In this document: positions 10,997 to 21,549 of the stretch, piece by piece | Numbering within the stretch: the first letter of the stretch is position 1 | Layout of the letters: each line of letters starts with the position of its first letter | Assembly: GCA_051599415.1 (NCBI GenBank) | Contig: AP039692.1 | Location: 434,001 to 498,000 of the forward strand | Reading direction: 5' to 3' | DNA length: 64,000 bases | Source: Savitreella phatthalungensis | Lineage: Eukaryota | Notes under the pieces: model-generated | The model's database searches: none | What the model saw: only the letters and a program-made list of their open reading frames with translations | What the model was told of the DNA's origin: nothing | Position numbers and translations under genes: made by a program

Positions 10997-12180
10997 GTCC
11001 TGATCGTGAGCAGCAATCCCCATTTTCTGACAAATGACGGCAACTTCCTTGCGCGTGGCGGCACGATTCCGTTGGCGGAACATATAGACGTCCGCTGGTT
11101 GATCTGGATACGTTAGCCGCTCCAACTCTAGGCTATTGGCCAATCGCAGAAAAACGTCTATCCAGGAATGCGCTGTGGCATCGAAAGCCCTGATCACAAG
11201 CTCCTTCCCACCATGCTTTGTCATGACAAGATGGACTGCCAGATTGTTCAGGTGCGCCAGTCGTCGCATGCTGCTGAACCAATCTTTCCGACTGACCAAG
11301 TCGTCCAGACTCGTGACCACACTGCTGATACCCCATGTTCCGGCTTCTCCCAGTTCCCACTCCTTGTAGTCGCGACGGTACAAGCCATAGCTGTCGAGAC
11401 CGGAGCTATCGCGCTTCGCCTTGAGCAGATTGCTGTAGAGCTCAGAACCGCTGTCGTCAGATGCCAAGGTTTCCTGACAAGCGCGCCTGCACAAGTCGAT
11501 GCAACCCAGATCAACGCTGTTGGCTTTCTCTCTGAGGTTACTGGTATCGATGCGGATCTACATTGGAGAGTTAGCATCTTGTGTTGGGCTTTTTGTAGGC
11601 GACCCACCGTTGCCTGGGCGATCATTGCGATCTCTGACAGGACTGCAGGCACAGTACTCGGCTGGAGCAAGCGCTTGAAGTGATCAAGAACCAACGACGT
11701 GCAGCTACCGGCTGTGCTGATCAAACGAGGCTCCGCTGAAAGATATAGGCCCTCGTCTACGTGATGATCAACCACTGCAACGACTTCGGCATTGTCTGCT
11801 GAGACGTTCCGAACACGAAAGTGATTATGATCAACAAGTGCCCAGTTGGTCCGTTCGGTTTCAGCCTCGCGCGGTAGCTCGTCACGACAAATGAGATCAT
11901 CCATCGACAGACCAACGACTGGGAGAAGCACCGATAGCTCCTTACGGAGGTGCAAGTCGCTTCTATCGACATTTACGATCGGTATATGCCGCACCTCACC
12001 AGCGCTGGCCGTCTGCGCTATGTCTCGGAGAACAGCAAACGCAATTGAGCTCACACAGCTGTCCAAATCGGCGGACTCATTACCAACAACAAGCACTGTT
12101 GCCGGTGAAAAACTTGCGAGACGCTGACGTGCTAGGTGCATGAAGTGGGACAGCGAGCTACAAGTTCGTGCTGAGGCCAT
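10985..12180 (-). CDS. PPX1: Exopolyphosphatase (DHH/DHHA2, Prune family), one intron 11558-11607
   Basis: Motifs GNESADLDS, LVDHN, VVDHH, GSCTSLV. Removing intron gtgggt...gctaac...tag joins AQAT|IRIDTSNL to the frame containing RRDYKEW and ATRKEV. Start codon approximate. Confidence 0.88.
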
Positions 12181-12466
12181 GGAATGCATTGCCTGGCCCT
12201 CGACTCTTGCAGCCAACGTTGTTGCGTCTGATCGAGCTTGACTCAAGACCTGGAAATGTATACACGATCGGGTATGAGCCGCGTTTGCACTCTGGCAAAA
12301 TCCGCTGAAGTGCTCTGAAGTCTTGTCGTCACGAATGTGCATCTTGCCGATTACAATTACGGAGCCGCTATTTCAGCTTCCCTAAAGCCCGGCGCATAAT
12401 ATAATTTAAATTACCTAGCTATAGGGTAAATGGATATATCTGCACGTCGGTCAAGCCCAATATATA

Positions 12467-14385
12467 AAGTCGAAACACGTAAAATTGATCACCTTTAACT
12501 TCGCGCAGAAAATAAAGACGCGTCGAACACGTCACCACCTGCCTTCAGAGCAGCCTACTGCCTCCTACAGCGCCTATGGACGCATTCTATCGCGAGGCAT
12601 GCCTCCAGGCAGCCTTGAACCACTACGCTGCTCGAAGAGACGGCCAGAAACCGTCTCTTCGTGATGCTGCAGCAGAGTATAGCGTTTCACCCAGCACTTT
12701 GAGGCATCGGCTACTGAACGGCAATAGGACTGCCTCAGAGGCTGCCAGAGAGCGCCAAAAGCTGACAGAATCACAGGAGAAGGCTCTGGTAGACATGCTG
12801 CACAGAAGGTCTGCAGTAGGCTATCCTATGACTCCTGGGGAGGTCACTAGCCTAGCAGACAAATTTTTCGAAGCTCGCGGCAGCACAGTGCACCTCGGAA
12901 TGCGCTGGTTTCCTTCCTTCAAATTACGCCATCCTGACATCCACACAGTGCGCAGCAATTGCATCAACCACAGCCGCATGTACGCGGTGGATTCAGCTAC
13001 TGTGGAGGCCTATTTCAAGATCCTAGGCACCTATCTTCGAGAGGAAGCGATCCTGCCTGAGGATGTGTGGAATGCTGACAAATCTGGCCTCATGATGGGC
13101 CGTTCCCAGTCCTCCCAGGTGGTGGTTCCACTGCTGCAGAAGGGTAAGAAGCGCGCTGTGGCAGCAGACAATGGAGATCGCGAAACAGTCAGCTGTATGG
13201 CCTGTGTTTCTGCCGCAGGTGCTCATTTACAGCCAGTTCTGGTGTTCAGTCGTACTCAGGCAAAGAGAGAGGCCTGTGGGAAGGCTGTGGAGGCAGGGCT
13301 GGCGCCTCCTGACGAGGCAAAGTACCTAGGCACGCCTGGAAACGCTGTACGCGTGTTTCACTCGAAAAACGGCTTCCTCACGTCCCAGTTAATTGTCCAG
13401 TGGCTACAGGAGGTCTTCCTGCCTGCCACAGCGCGAGATCCACCGAGGACGCGCGTCCTAGTGATTGATGGCGCCTGCGCTCACGCCACGCACGAGGTCA
13501 TGTACGAATGCGCAAAAAATGGCGTCAAACTGGTTTATCTGCCTGCCCACAGCTCCCACCTCACACAGCCGCTCGACCCAGCCGTGTTCTCGCCTTTAAA
13601 GAACTACTATGGGCAGGCAGTGAAGGTACTCAGCCGCAGGCTAGCTGGCAGACCCTGGGGTCGCGAAGAATTCATCTCGATCTTTCTCGGCGCCTGGCAG
13701 AAGGCGCTGAACCGCCAGAACATCACCTCTGGCTTCAGACAAGGAGGTATCTGGCCCTATGACCCACAGGCGGTGCGCCGAAGCGTGCTCTCCTACAACA
13801 ATTCAGTCGAACCTGCCTCAGAAGCTGCGAAAAAGCCAGAAAGGCCTGCCTTGGCCACCCTGACCACCAATGCAGCCAATACACTGCCAAAAACGGTCAA
13901 AGCGACACGCGCAACACTGCAGGCAGCTGGAAAAGAGAGATACGAGGTGCTAGAGCTAGCACTCGCAGAGACGCGCGAAAAGATCGCCTCATCGAGGAAC
14001 TGAGAACTGCTGCAGAGCAGCACCAGTTCATGATCGCCGATAGGGACAAGACTATAGCAGCCCTGCAGGCCAAGGCCTCGCGTCCTAGGGCAGCCTTCAA
14101 GGCACAGCAGCTGGCTAGAGGAGTGGACTGGCTAAAAGGCTTACTCGGCGAAGACTACACAGATATGAGGTGGCACTGGATCGCAGCGAAGGCGAGGGCT
14201 GCTAAAATTGAGCCTAGAGCATGGATAGAGGCACAGGACCAGGCTGCCTTACTTTCAGAGCTAGCGCTGGTGATTCCATCGAATAGCGAGCAATCTACGG
14301 AGAAGGTGTCTTCGAAGAGGCGACAAAAAAAACGTGTGTGAAATTGATTAATCTTAAAGGTGATCAATTCTAGGTGTAGCGACTT
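12467..14385 (+). mobile_element. Tc1/mariner superfamily pogo/Fot1-like DNA transposon, 1919 bp
   Basis: 32-bp imperfect TIRs 12467-12498 and 14354-14385 (28/32 identical), TA on both sides (12465-66 and 14386-87), encloses a transposase. Confidence 0.88.
12576..14341 (+). pseudogene. Fot1/pogo transposase (HTH-psq, CENP-B HTH, DDE_1), split by a frameshift near 13930-14003
   Basis: SLRDAAAEYSVSPSTLRHRL, LTESQEKALV, NADKSG, VIDG...PAHSSHLTQPLD (DD35D spacing). ORF1 stops at 14003. The -1 frame continues (KDRLIEELRTAAEQHQFMIADRDK...) to 14341. Confidence 0.85.
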
Positions 14386-14480
14386 TAGTTTGATAGTATG
14401 ACGTAGCAGATACCGACCTGCTCGCGGGCTATCTCTGTGGTCACTAATGTGAGTGCTGACAGGCAGAACGCTTGATCTTC

Positions 14481-15344
14481 ATGGCGCCCGAGACTGCATT
14501 ACATTTGTTCCAGCGGCGCCTGAGCGCATTCCATATTGTCAGACGCGAGATTCTGGACGTTGTCCAAGCCAATAAGCTACAACGCACTGTCGAACACCTC
14601 AAGTTGTTCGAGACACCAAGACTTTCGGAAGGAGACGTGCTGCCTCCAGCATATCACCAGGCTTTTTTCACGCCGGAGGTTTCGGAGGCAGGTCTTACGA
14701 ACGACGGTGGAGACCCCACTTTTAATCCACCAGGATTCCCTCGGCGCATGTGGGCAGGTGGCAATCTTTCTTTTTCTCCCAATAATCGATTGCGCGTCGG
14801 ACAGGCGGTGACGGAAACAACCACGTTCGAACGTGTCGATAGCAAAATGACGCGCTCTGGCAGTCCTATGCTCGTTGTCTGGGTACGAAAGCGATACGAA
14901 AATGATGCTGGACTGGCTCTCGAGGATCGACGATCTTGGTTGTTCAGACCCGAAGCTCGTGCATCCGCGCAATCTACTGGAGAGGCGAGGACTGAAGACG
15001 GACCGACTGATGCTGATGGATATCTGGCGAGCTACATTGCGAGTGAAATCCTTCTTTTTCGGTTTTCAGCATTGACCTTTAATGCTCACCGGATACACTA
15101 CGATTTGGCACATACGCAGCGCGTCGAAGGGCATCCACATCTCCTAGTACATGCCCCCTTGAATATCTTACTCCTGGCAAACATGTGGCGGGAGGCATTT
15201 GGAAATCCACCAGAGATACTCGACTATCGTGCGATATCACCCTGCTACGTGGGCCTACGTAATGACATCTTCAGAGACACGATGAGTAAAAGAATCACGA
15301 TAAAGCGTGCAGACACGGTATTGATGGAGGCCAGCGGTATGTAG
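14481..15344 (+). CDS. HTD2: Hydroxyacyl-thioester dehydratase type 2 / MaoC-like hot-dog fold protein
   Basis: LPPAYHQAFF, PRRMWAGG, LFRFSALTFNAHRIHYD, EGHPHLLVHAPL. Confidence 0.85.
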   Translation: MAPETALHLFQRRLSAFHIVRREILDVVQANKLQRTVEHLKLFETPRLSEGDVLPPAYHQAFFTPEVSEAGLTNDGGDPTFNPPGFPRRMWAGGNLSFSPNNRLRVGQAVTETTTFERVDSKMTRSGSPMLVVWVRKRYENDAGLALEDRRSWLFRPEARASAQSTGEARTEDGPTDADGYLASYIASEILLFRFSALTFNAHRIHYDLAHTQRVEGHPHLLVHAPLNILLLANMWREAFGNPPEILDYRAISPCYVGLRNDIFRDTMSKRITIKRADTVLMEASGM

Positions 15345-15539
15345 CGAAAACCCTAGATGCAGGGAATTCGTGCTCATTTAAAACTGTCCAGAGAGCCTAC
15401 AAAAGCAATGCTTGGTGGTTAGAATGCCGAGCGGACTGTCCAGGTACTGTGTGCATGGGGTTGCTCGTACAGTGTTGAGCGGCATGGGCAGGCCGAGGAA
15501 TGATGTTTTGCACATGATCGACCAGAAATCAACTATTTT

Positions 15540-16541
15540 CTAGGACCTCCGGGAACGCGTCACAGGTGTTTCGTAGCTTGATGCCCGTGCTTCATCCCTG
15601 CGGGTCGAAAGAGACGCCTGCACATCGTCGCTGAACTTCGGGTCAATAGCAATCTCGCCAGACTTGATCGCCCGTTTTGCGGCCTTGGGACTCCTCTTGT
15701 ACACTCGCAAATAGAAGCTGATGAAAAGCACCAGGTAGGAGCTCAGAATCGCTAGTCCCATGAGCGCTGCGAATTCCTCACCGGTGCAGTCGCCTGCGGT
15801 CGGTGCCCAGGGGAAATACTTCATGGCGAAATGCGTGTAGGACGCGAAGTAGATGAAGCCCAGATCAACGATGAACTGAATAATCTGGATGCGCGTGACC
15901 CACTCCTTCCACCAGACGCGAATGCCGCGGGCGGAGAGGAAGTAGTAAAAGTACATCACGACGTGGACTGTGAGATTAAGAATGATCGGTACGTATGAGA
16001 CGGAGGTTTTGCCCAGGAGCTGTGTCCAACAGAGCGCGGCTGTCGCACCGTGATGATACGTGTGCAAGAAAGCCAGTGGTTTCTTCTTCAAAAAGAGGAA
16101 CACCGTGTCGATGAGCTCGATATACTTGGTGATGTAGTTGAGATAATAAATGAAGACGAGTGGCTGCGTCCATGCGCCTGGTGAGCAAATTGAGTAGAAC
16201 ACTCCGTGACGAACGATGATGGGCAAGATCTGCTCGAACAGGAGCGCCCAAAGGAAACCAGACAGTATGGTCAATCCGATGTTGTGTAACTGGAACCAGA
16301 AATTCAACTTCAAGGCTCGTTGACCAGACATGACTGCACGACCAGAAAAGATGACAACATAGTAGAGAACTATCGCAGCCACCACCTCAGGCCAGGTGCT
16401 CATCGCAGTCACGCCGGGTACGAACTTGAATTGGCTGGGCCGGTAATTGAGGTATTGAGCGCTAAGTTCGTCGAAAATCGGCCAAAGCGCGAAGCCAAAT
16501 GGACGATCAATCGTTGGCATATTGACGGAGTAGAGTCCCAT
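15540..16541 (-). CDS. Very-long-chain fatty acid elongase (GNS1/SUR4, ELO family)
   Basis: KYIELIDTVFL, FLHTYHHGATA, NLTVHVVMYFYY, TRIQIIQF; multiple TM segments. Confidence 0.95.
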   Translation of the reverse strand: MGLYSVNMPTIDRPFGFALWPIFDELSAQYLNYRPSQFKFVPGVTAMSTWPEVVAAIVLYYVVIFSGRAVMSGQRALKLNFWFQLHNIGLTILSGFLWALLFEQILPIIVRHGVFYSICSPGAWTQPLVFIYYLNYITKYIELIDTVFLFLKKKPLAFLHTYHHGATAALCWTQLLGKTSVSYVPIILNLTVHVVMYFYYFLSARGIRVWWKEWVTRIQIIQFIVDLGFIYFASYTHFAMKYFPWAPTAGDCTGEEFAALMGLAILSSYLVLFISFYLRVYKRSPKAAKRAIKSGEIAIDPKFSDDVQASLSTRRDEARASSYETPVTRSRRS

Positions 16542-17256
16542 GACGATGGAATGATTGACACGCTTCAGGCTCGTATGTGCTGCCTGTTGGCTTGTAGCTG
16601 TGTAGATATGTTGACTTTTTCGTGCAGTTGGTCCTGAGAGCTGGATAATTCTGAATTCTGTATGTGCATGGTTGCTCTTTCGACAACAAGTGTGAAGCTT
16701 GGGTGTGCATGTTCGACTTTAATGCTCCCAATTTAGCTGACAGAGACTCCGTGACTTTCGAGCACTGGCATCACGCACATTGAAACACACTACCTCGGCC
16801 TCTGTGGCTTGTATGCCGGCAATTGAATATTTGGATGTATGAATAGCAGAATCGAAAGGGTCGACGAGCAGTCCGAACACCGAGAAAGACGGCGGCTCAG
16901 ATTTAAGTATTCTCACTTGATTTTTCATCGTGTCTAATCACAATGGACGACAACAATTAAGTGAATTTGAAGTGCACACCAAGCGATCGACCTCATTGGC
17001 TTCCAGATCGACTGGACAGAAAATAGAGCGAATGGCTTCAATCAGAGTTTTGTCTTACTGTCTGACTTTGCCTTAATTAATTCTGCACTCATATAGATTT
17101 GGCAGCATCGATCAGGATGCACGTGGAATTTTCGACCTTTCGATCGAGACATTGCCGAATGTAGCCCATCTCGAAGTATTTGTCCTTCGGGGAGAACTAG
17201 GTGCCGACGAAGAATAAGATCGTGTTCAGGACTCTAGCTCAAACAAGACCAGCACT

Positions 17257-17787
17257 ATGCTCCGCAGTAAGTTCTCCTGCCTTAATGACAATGAGCAGGG
17301 AAGTTGTAGCTCGACTGAGAGTGCTGTGCGCGAACGGTCATAGTCCTGCGACTGAGTCGTTTTTACCAAGACGCTGGAGAATTTATGCTGACCATTTCAA
17401 GCAGTGTTCCGCACTTCGACTCTTCGCGTAGTCGCGCCTCGTGTTGGCGTTATGCCGAGCCTAGGTCGTTCCATGGCTAGCTCTCACGGTGAGGAGTCAT
17501 TCGAATCATTTTCTCAAAGATACGAGAAATTCTTCGCCAATGTGGAAGACCTGTTCGAGCTACAACGCGGTTTAAACAATTGTTTCGCTTACGACTTGGT
17601 TCCATCGGTTGGAGTTATCGAGCAAGCGCTTCGTGCATCACGTCGCGTCAACGACTTTGCGACATCTGTCCGCATTTTTGAGGGCATTAAACAGAAGGTG
17701 GAAAACAAAAACCAGTACGCAGCATACCTCGAAGAGCTGAAGCCGCTTCGTGAGGAACTCGGCATCACACTCAAGGAAGAGCTTTAG
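17257..17787 (+). CDS. COX6: Cytochrome c oxidase subunit VI (mammalian Va), one intron 17267-17404
   Basis: 10-nt first exon ATGCTCCGCA plus exon 2 gives a presequence, then DLFELQRGLNNCFAYDLVPS...RRVNDFATSVRIFEGIK...ELGITLKEEL. Confidence 0.93.
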
Positions 17788-17822
17788 GAAAGATTTGAAC
17801 GCTAGCAATTCTCATTTGTTCT

Positions 17823-20513
17823 CTACTTGTCCCCCGTGAAGAAGCTTGGAATGGGAACTCCTTGTATAGCTCCGCTGATGCGATCCCGATAGAAGCGCTC
17901 ATCTAGAGCTATCTGTGCCCGAATACCTGGAGAGGCATCACGGACAAATGCAAGCGCACTACGCAGCCTGTGCTGCTCCTCAAGGATGACGCGTTGCATG
18001 ATTGAGTTGACGGTACTCGGCGTCAGGTACTTCGAGACCACCTTGTGCAAGACTAAAGTGTCCTTGACAAGGACCTGTATGTATTCGCTGGCGCTTTCGG
18101 GCGCCACGACACCAAGCTCATTTATCGGCTGATCAGACGCCGCAGCAATTTCTGTGGTGCTGATAGCGCATATCTCTGTGGCCAGTGATCTGCATATCAC
18201 ACCGGCCCGTTCGGATATAATGGAGACCAGCTTGTCGTAAATGGCGTTGATCAAATCCCGATAGATCGTCCCGATCCGCTGGAGGTCATTCGCTGGAGCT
18301 TGTGATGCCAAAATTGAGTACACATAGTCCAGGTTCTCGAAAATTGAACCTAGCGAGCGCAAAGTCTCTGCAGTGACAGCTAGGTGCTTTGCCGTGATTC
18401 GTTCGAGTCCGGCTGACTTCGTGGCCCCCGCTCCTAAGATCAATTGACATGCCTTCGAGTTGAACAATCGTAGATGTCGCACCGTGGCCGTAAACGTAGC
18501 ATTTCGCAGGTAGCTGGTCCTGATAGCGATGGACAGATAATTGCGGATCTGGCCTAACATGATCAAGGCGGAAGTCGTCCACAGACCCTCATCTGTGACG
18601 ACCTCGCCGTCGTCTATTGTCATCGACAGCTCAAGATGTCGCATAATCTCGCGTTCCAATGCGACGCGCTTGTCACATGATTTGGCAGCTCGCAACGTAG
18701 ATATAAGACTCCTGCAAGTTTTGTCCTGGCGAATTGCTTGCCATGTATCATTGTCGAGCGCAACCGCCAGTGCATCGAGTTGTTCTTCGGCATAAGCTGT
18801 GAATCTAGAGAGAAGAATCTTCTCCACAGCAACGGCTACGCTGGTATTCGGCTGACCCGAAAGCGATTCGCAGTCTCTTGTGAATGACCGCGCCACACTC
18901 CACAAACGTTGAAGTGAGTCGAAAGGGTCCTGTCGGTGTGCGGTCGTACGCACATTTATGATCTTGACGAGTCTGCCCATGACCACGTCAACAAGCATGA
19001 CAAGGAAGTCTCCACCCAAGACTGGATGCCATTCGGCAGAGCCCGGACCCAGACCCTCGAGTGTGAGCGCATCGATGAAAAGCTTTTGGTGAGCAGCGAC
19101 GCGAATCAGTAACACGTAGCTTTTCTTGCAGATTATGTCAAACATGTCTCTGAAGTCGTTCGCCGCCATTCCGCTTATAGCCTTTGCAAGCGCAGCTGAG
19201 CGATTGATTCTTCCGGACTGTGCGGAACCACTCGTCATTGAGTCTGAGTCTTCGCTCGAAGGTAATTCGGCCTTGGTCGTTGCCTTCAGCTGCCGAATCA
19301 CCTGCTGCTGGTATTCACGGAGTAGCTCGGGACCGGATCCTGCGGCTATGAGGGCAGCAGAGAGGGATCCGAAGGATGCGATGAGTTCTTCGGAACACAA
19401 GCGCGACACAGGAGTGCCCGATTCAATATGTGTTGTCGCAATTGCCCGCTCGACATCTGTGGCCAACACATCAAGCAGATGCTTCTTCTCACGCGCGAGA
19501 TGCAACTGCAGTTTTTCCTGGTAATCCCTCAGCTTTTTCGCGATGACTTTCGACATTCGTAAGGGTTGGGACGACGTCCCGATGGTGCGTGGGGTCAAAG
19601 TTGTTTGGGATTCCAGGCAAGTGTCGAATCGATCGCAACTTGCGTTCTCGAGTTTTTCATCCAATTTCTCGTTGTGAGCAACATACTGCTCAACGGCGTG
19701 TACCAAACTGCTCTCTTCGGAACGTACCTGAGCAATTTTCGACTCCTGCAGCTGCGAGTCCACCTGTGTGACTGACAAATGACGCAATCGATTCCAGACT
19801 GACCCAATTTCTGCAGAAAGATCTGTAGCAAGCACGCTCAATTCGCGCAAGTCGTGGATGGCGGTAAAGAAGAGTGGCTCCGCCAGGCTGACTTCTCCTA
19901 CAAGCTCCATCTCGACGACATCCATGTACTCCATCAAGCGCTCCTGTAGACTGCTCGACTCAATCACGCTCTTTCTCTGCTGCTTCTCGTCAGCTCCATC
20001 AAGTATGATTGCTGCGTATTCTGTCGCGATATCAAAGATACGCGGATTGCGCAGATCAAAGTCCGTGGCAAAAAACTGCTTCGGACATTGTGCTTGTGCA
20101 GATGTCTCGACAGATGATTCCTCGTCCCCGAGTTCGGTTCCAGAGGTTGACGATCGAGTATACTGTTGCGGCCCGCGTGAAAAGCTTCTAGTAGAAGAGA
20201 GTTCATCAACAACGCCGGGATCTGTACGCACGGCACTTAGGTTTGCTTTTGCGCGTCCATCGTTGCCTGCTCTACCAAGCAAGCGCTCGAGACTGGCTTG
20301 CTTGGCCGTCGTATATCGCTGGTACGCATCTTGTGCTTGTAGAATATAGGCCGAGAATTCCGTGGATTTGACCAGAGGTAAATCCGTCAGATAGGTCGGT
20401 GGAATATCTCTCGCTGATGGAGCACGTGCGACGAAAGCTTGGGAGGCTGTCGGATTCGCCAACAGTGAGCTGATGGACAAGCTCGTTGGGGCGACGCTGG
20501 TCCCGTCGTCCAT
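17823..20513 (-). CDS. VPS54: GARP complex subunit Vps54
   Basis: 896 aa. LQERLMEYMDVVEMELV, FFTAIHDL, FNSKACQLILGAGATKSAGLERITAKHLA (Vps54 C-terminal motif). Confidence 0.9.
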   Translation of the reverse strand: MDDGTSVAPTSLSISSLLANPTASQAFVARAPSARDIPPTYLTDLPLVKSTEFSAYILQAQDAYQRYTTAKQASLERLLGRAGNDGRAKANLSAVRTDPGVVDELSSTRSFSRGPQQYTRSSTSGTELGDEESSVETSAQAQCPKQFFATDFDLRNPRIFDIATEYAAIILDGADEKQQRKSVIESSSLQERLMEYMDVVEMELVGEVSLAEPLFFTAIHDLRELSVLATDLSAEIGSVWNRLRHLSVTQVDSQLQESKIAQVRSEESSLVHAVEQYVAHNEKLDEKLENASCDRFDTCLESQTTLTPRTIGTSSQPLRMSKVIAKKLRDYQEKLQLHLAREKKHLLDVLATDVERAIATTHIESGTPVSRLCSEELIASFGSLSAALIAAGSGPELLREYQQQVIRQLKATTKAELPSSEDSDSMTSGSAQSGRINRSAALAKAISGMAANDFRDMFDIICKKSYVLLIRVAAHQKLFIDALTLEGLGPGSAEWHPVLGGDFLVMLVDVVMGRLVKIINVRTTAHRQDPFDSLQRLWSVARSFTRDCESLSGQPNTSVAVAVEKILLSRFTAYAEEQLDALAVALDNDTWQAIRQDKTCRSLISTLRAAKSCDKRVALEREIMRHLELSMTIDDGEVVTDEGLWTTSALIMLGQIRNYLSIAIRTSYLRNATFTATVRHLRLFNSKACQLILGAGATKSAGLERITAKHLAVTAETLRSLGSIFENLDYVYSILASQAPANDLQRIGTIYRDLINAIYDKLVSIISERAGVICRSLATEICAISTTEIAAASDQPINELGVVAPESASEYIQVLVKDTLVLHKVVSKYLTPSTVNSIMQRVILEEQHRLRSALAFVRDASPGIRAQIALDERFYRDRISGAIQGVPIPSFFTGDK

Positions 20514-21549
20514 TGTAGCTACTAAGGTAAAAAGATCATCGCACCACAGAATTAGCCCAATCGACTCGCGTCAGTGCTTCTGCAGCCCATTGCGTTATGC
20601 AACTAGACAGCGGCCTCACGTAAGTGGTCAATAGCCTATGATGTTCTCTTCCACGTCGATCGAGCGCAAAGAGCCATGTGTTCGATCGTGCATGCAAATA
20701 TGGCCGGGCAACCAGACGATTTCTGGGCTCTTGCACAATTGTATATGGCATCGACGAGCGCAGCTGCATACATTTATTGCGTGTGTCCAATTTTGTAGTG
20801 AGCACACGTGCGGCCTAAAGTGCTTGTTTCTACTGAGAGACAATCCCCCGCGTGGTATTCCCAATTGGGCAGCAGAATCTGGAAACATCCGCCATCGATA
20901 GGCTTGAACGTCTTACGATTTTCCAGCTTTACATAGGAAATTGTAACAGCAAAATAAGGTCTGCTTGTCATGTAATTTGCTTTTTCGAGCCGCTGTTCAT
21001 GCAACAGCAGTGACATATATATATCCATGCGACAGCATACAGTATACTGAGAATATGAATCTGATTAGCGAGGAGGGAAATGCGCATGCCGTGCAGTCGC
21101 CCGTAAGCAGACCGATGCGTATGTAGAAAATGCCAATTACCGACCAGATGCTGGCCAGGTCTTCTCAAATTGTAGCGAAAGTTTTTGCTCTGGGAGTCTA
21201 CATTGTGCGTCATATGTAGATTGGAAGAGAGCGTACAAATGGCGGCTTTTGGACCTCTACACTATGTCACCGGCGTCACTCAAAACGCACGGCAGAACAC
21301 GTAAAATACATATAAATTGAATGTTATGTGATTTTGTGCTTAGATTGATTTAGAAAGTGCACTGATCAGGTGCAAGCGTTCGCGAGTGTCCGTGCGTGTG
21401 ACACGAATTTGTACTGCGACACGAATTAAGATAATTCCGCGGAAACAGGAAATGACACGCGATCTTAATACTGTGGTCAAGCTTGATCATCGTCTCGCAC
21501 CAGATCGCTCAGCCAGAAGTAGAGTGCTGCCTACAGTCGGTCGATCACC

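Noticed and set aside
17267..17404. TPP riboswitch in the COX6 intron
   Set aside because: Has ctgaga but lacks the downstream conserved TPP aptamer segments, and the gene is unrelated to thiamine.
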